From an uncultured bacterium (GTDB taxonomy: Bacteria > Fidelibacterota > UBA2242), in the NCBI GenBank assembly GCA_964441235.1, contig CAYTUQ010000010.1:11549-75548 (forward strand): DNA of 64,000 nucleotides, read 5' to 3'. Within the stretch, counting starts at the first letter, position 1, and every line of letters starts with the position of its first letter. The translations under genes and the position numbers were made by a program. Below are positions 60,615 through 64,000 of this stretch, piece after piece. The notes below the pieces were generated by a model. The model was not told where the DNA came from and did not search any database. It saw only the letters and a program-made list of their open reading frames with translations.

Positions 60615-61415
60615 TTGATTGACCAAGAAGCACTGTTAGGTTTTAAAAAGTGGTTCGCTGTTTATGTGAAAACGTTCCGATCAAATGATCCCGATTACCA
60701 GTTGAATATCGATTTGAAAGAGAAACATACACGGTTGGTCTGCGAAGGAATTATAGATATTGGGGAAAGTCTTGCTTTAAGCGAAGATGATCTTCGATTG
60801 GCAGAAGTAACCGCACTTTTCCATGATGTAGGCAGATTTGAACAATATGCCCGTTACGGTTCATTTTTAGATATGAAAACCGAAAATCATGCTCTGCTTG
60901 GTGTAAGAATTCTCCAAACAAATCATATATTGGATGCAATGGATGAAGAAACGAAGAAATTGATTTTCTATGCAATTTCTAATCATAATCGTGCATATCT
61001 ACCTGATAATGAATCGGAAAGATTATTATTTTTCACAAAGTTACTTCGTGATGCTGACAAACTGGACATCTGGCGTGTTGTCACGGAGTACTACCATAAT
61101 AATAACGGAAAACGGAATGGTGCTTTAGAGCTAAATTTACCCGACACACCGGGAATTTCAGAGGGTGTTTACGATGATTTGATGAAGAGAAATGTAGTAA
61201 AAGCCAAGCACTTGAAAAATTTGAATGATTTCAAATTGCTTCAAATCGGATGGGTTTACGATGTGAATTTTCCAAGGTCTTTACAACTCGTTTGTGAAAG
61301 AAAATATATTGAGAAAATCTACAATGCGCTGCCTAAATCAGAGAAAGTGCTTGAAATTTATAAGGCTGTTCAGGATTATTTGGAAAAGAAATGTAATTAT
61401 GTGGAAGTAAATTAA
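60615..61415 (+). CDS. HD-domain phosphohydrolase
   Basis: TALFHDVGRF HD motif. Confidence 0.65.
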   Translation: MIDQEALLGFKKWFAVYVKTFRSNDPDYQLNIDLKEKHTRLVCEGIIDIGESLALSEDDLRLAEVTALFHDVGRFEQYARYGSFLDMKTENHALLGVRILQTNHILDAMDEETKKLIFYAISNHNRAYLPDNESERLLFFTKLLRDADKLDIWRVVTEYYHNNNGKRNGALELNLPDTPGISEGVYDDLMKRNVVKAKHLKNLNDFKLLQIGWVYDVNFPRSLQLVCERKYIEKIYNALPKSEKVLEIYKAVQDYLEKKCNYVEVN

Positions 61416-61466
61416 TGCGAGATAAAACTTTCGATTTTCGCTATATTTGCCCTCAGGAGATGATTA

Positions 61467-62126
61467 TTGAATAATTCACTTATCCCAACGGGATCTCTTG
61501 ATGAGAAAAAACATGCAAAGGGAATTTTTTCTCGGCTTAAGGAAGCATATCCGGAAGCACAGTGCTCACTAGAATTTGTCAATCCGAGAGAGTTGCTTGT
61601 TTCTACTATTCTTTCTGCCCAATGTACGGATAAGCGTGTGAATCAGGTAACACCAGCTCTTTTCGCAAAATATCCAACAGCAAAAGCGTTTGCAGAAGCA
61701 TCAATTGAAGAATTAAAGGATGATATACGTTCTACTGGATTTTATAATCATAAAGCAAAATCCATTAAAGAAGCGATGAAATCAATTGTCGAAAAATTCA
61801 ATGGTGAAATTCCGGATAATATTGAAGATTTATTGAAATTTGAAGGCGTTGGGCGAAAAACGGCAAATGTTGTGCTTGGTGATGCATTTGGAATTCCAGG
61901 GATCGTCGTAGATACACATGTCAAGCGGCTGTCTGTTAGACTCGGATTGACAAAAAATGCAGATCCGGTAAAAATAGAATATGACTTGATGGAAGTTTTA
62001 CCAAAGAAAAACTGGATTCTTCTTGGGCATCTTATGATATATCATGGGCGTTCAGTTTGTACTGCGAGGAAGCCGAAATGTTCTAAATGTTTCTTAAATG
62101 ATATATGTCCCTCGGTTGAGTTATGA
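61467..62126 (+). CDS. nth: Endonuclease III
   Basis: HhH-GPD (LLKFEGVGRKTANVVL), catalytic D, C-terminal Cys cluster CTARKPKCSKCFLNDIC. Confidence 0.9.
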   Translation: MNNSLIPTGSLDEKKHAKGIFSRLKEAYPEAQCSLEFVNPRELLVSTILSAQCTDKRVNQVTPALFAKYPTAKAFAEASIEELKDDIRSTGFYNHKAKSIKEAMKSIVEKFNGEIPDNIEDLLKFEGVGRKTANVVLGDAFGIPGIVVDTHVKRLSVRLGLTKNADPVKIEYDLMEVLPKKNWILLGHLMIYHGRSVCTARKPKCSKCFLNDICPSVEL

Positions 62127-62154
62127 TAAGTTCCGTTTCTGATATAAATTAATT

Positions 62155-62724
62155 TTGAGGTTATCAATGAAAACAGAGGAATTAATTCGAGAGCTTTTAA
62201 TAAATATTGGTGAGGATCCTGAACGTGCTGGTATTCAAAAAACGCCATATAGAGTGGCAAAAATGTGGGAGTATATTACAAAAGGGTATAATGTCGATGT
62301 TGAAGATTTGCTGAAAGAATCAATCTGTGACGATAAATATGATCAAATGATAGTAGTGAAGGATATTGATTATTACAGTATTTGCGAACATCATCTTGTG
62401 CCGTTTTTTGGAAAAGCACATGTTGCCTATATCCCTGATGGGAAAATTGTTGGGCTTAGTAAAATACCGCGTATCGTGGATGCTTTTGCCCGACGCTTAC
62501 AAATTCAGGAGAGAATGACAAACCAGATAGCTGAATCCCTTGAAAAAGCTTTGAAACCAAAAGGCGTGGCTGTAGTGATAGAAGCTCGTCATCTCTGTAT
62601 GCAGATGAGAGGTATTGAAAAACAAAATTCCTTAGTAACGACAAGTACGATGTTGGGTGAATTTCACTCAGAAGATCAGGCGAGGAATGAATTTTTACAA
62701 CTTATTGGACTTTCAAGGATATGA
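62155..62724 (+). CDS. folE: GTP cyclohydrolase I
   Basis: [18 protein letters not shown] and CEHHLVPF motifs. Confidence 0.9.
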   Translation: MRLSMKTEELIRELLINIGEDPERAGIQKTPYRVAKMWEYITKGYNVDVEDLLKESICDDKYDQMIVVKDIDYYSICEHHLVPFFGKAHVAYIPDGKIVGLSKIPRIVDAFARRLQIQERMTNQIAESLEKALKPKGVAVVIEARHLCMQMRGIEKQNSLVTTSTMLGEFHSEDQARNEFLQLIGLSRI

Positions 62725-62834
62725 GAGATTACTTACCACTGAGAACGCCGAGTACTCTAAGGTTCCAGATATAAAAGCAGTATTAATGATTTTCTTTTTT
62801 GAAATTATAGAAGTGAATAAAAAGGATGGTTTTG

Positions 62835-62995
62835 TCCCAAAGGGATCTCTTTGAGATAAAAAGTGATTATATGTGTCATTCTGATGATCCCGACTTGTCG
62901 GGAGAAGAAGAATCTCCGACGAGAACCAGTAGAGATTCTTTCCCAGGGGGACTTCTACGAAGCACTCGTACCTCGTTCATCTCAAAGAGACCTCT
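62835..62995. repeat. REP-like hairpin repeats (caaagggatctctttgagata ... catctcaaagagacctctatgagg)
   Basis: Palindromic ATCTC-TTYG-AGAT units of the same family seen at 4485, 21262 and 47722. Confidence 0.5.
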
Positions 62996-63100
62996 ATGAG
63001 GGAATGACAGTTTTGATACTTTTTACGATTACATCAAAAAACGAGATTATAAAAATATTCTCTGCGCTTTCAGCGTTCTCTGTGTTTAAATGAGGTTATT

Positions 63101-63949
63101 ATGCCATTAATCGGATGCCATGTATCAATTGCGGGTGGAGTTGAAAATGCACCTATTCATGGTGGAGAATTAGGTTGCGAAGCTATACAGATTTTTACTG
63201 CAAACCAGATGCAGTGGAGAGGGAGTCCAATTTCCGAAGAGAGTAGAAGCAAATTCATGGAAGGATTGAAGGGCCAAGGAATAAGGCAGGTTGTTACACA
63301 CGATTCGTATTTAATCAACCTCGGAAGTCCCGACCATGCAAAATTGGCAAAGTCAAGAAAAGCTTTTATTGATGAAATGGTCAGATCAGAATTCTTGAAT
63401 ATACAGTATATCATTTTCCATCCCGGTTCACACATGGGTAGAGGCGATGATTATGCACTCAAAACAATTGCCGAAAGTCTGGATTATGCGATAGAGTCCA
63501 GGGCAAATTATAAATCCATTTTACTTCTGGAAAATACTGCCGGACAGGGGTCGAATGTCGGATATAAATTTGAGCAGCTAAGAAGCATAATTGATAAATG
63601 CAGCTACCCGGAACGACTTGGAGTCTGCTTTGATACCTGCCATGCATTTGCTGCCGGTTATGATTTAGTAACGGAAGATGCTTATAATAAAACCTTCAAG
63701 GAATTCGATGATATAATCGGTCTTGACTATCTCCGTGTATTTCACATTAATGATTCCAAAAGAGAGCTTGGCTCGAGAATTGACAGGCATGCATGCTTGG
63801 GAGAGGGATTAATCGGCTGGGAATTTTTCCACCGGCTTGTTAATGATAAACAATTTACTGAGCTCCCTATGATATTGGAGACTCCGGGTGGAATTGAAGT
63901 TTTTGTGAAAGAGATTAAAGAGTTAAGAAAAGTAATAGAAAAAGGTTGA
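63101..63949 (+). CDS. nfo: Endonuclease IV (deoxyribonuclease IV)
   Basis: MPLIGCHVSIAGG start, HDSYLINL, HPGSH, HINDSK metal-binding motifs. Confidence 0.9.
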   Translation: MPLIGCHVSIAGGVENAPIHGGELGCEAIQIFTANQMQWRGSPISEESRSKFMEGLKGQGIRQVVTHDSYLINLGSPDHAKLAKSRKAFIDEMVRSEFLNIQYIIFHPGSHMGRGDDYALKTIAESLDYAIESRANYKSILLLENTAGQGSNVGYKFEQLRSIIDKCSYPERLGVCFDTCHAFAAGYDLVTEDAYNKTFKEFDDIIGLDYLRVFHINDSKRELGSRIDRHACLGEGLIGWEFFHRLVNDKQFTELPMILETPGGIEVFVKEIKELRKVIEKG

Positions 63950-63955
63950 TTAACA

Positions 63956-64000
63956 ATGAAAAATAAGTTTAATCTTGCCGTAATAGGGAGTGGCCCCGGT
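63956..64000 (+). CDS. Start of an FAD/NAD(P)-binding oxidoreductase (3'-partial)
   Basis: MKNKFNLAVIGSGPG is a dinucleotide-binding GxGxxG start. It is truncated by the window end. Confidence 0.3.
   Translation, partial: MKNKFNLAVIGSGPG

Overview
This is an AT-rich bacterial chromosomal window. I found no rRNA, tRNA or CRISPR array. Housekeeping blocks are interleaved with accessory and defence-type islands.

Housekeeping content:
- clpB (5'-partial).
- A MoxR–DUF58 aerotolerance-like operon.
- A GldA/F/G-like ABC cluster.
- A TetR–LolA-like–OMP–MMPL transporter operon.
- tlpA/dsbD, patatin and cyclophilin genes.
- pyrE and pyrF.
- hisS, a radical SAM gene and PolX.
- nth, folE and nfo.

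Accessory and defence content:
- A retron-type reverse transcriptase with an XRE-HTH partner and two unannotated small genes. The msr/msd ncRNA was not located.
- A PsyrTA-like pair: a RecQ helicase fused to a ComF-type PRTase, followed by a DprA-like protein.
- At least six type II TA modules: DUF4258/zinc-finger, Phd/VapC (two), HEPN/MNT, RelE-ParE, and an orphan Phd-like antitoxin.
- An R-M locus whose endonuclease ORF carries an in-frame amber codon next to an intact methyltransferase.
- An AbiE-like nucleotidyltransferase pair.

Two host gene 3' ends (the MMPL transporter and yggS) are duplicated as decayed fragments that bracket accessory islands. This suggests serial integration or replacement at those gene ends.

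Two families of identical miniature mobile elements are present. One is a 190-bp GC-rich hairpin-ended element. The other is a 100-bp MITE with 12-bp TIRs. Each family has one copy splitting a gene.

Several REP-like hairpin repeat families occur, and ~125-bp attC-like direct repeats bracket a VapBC cassette.
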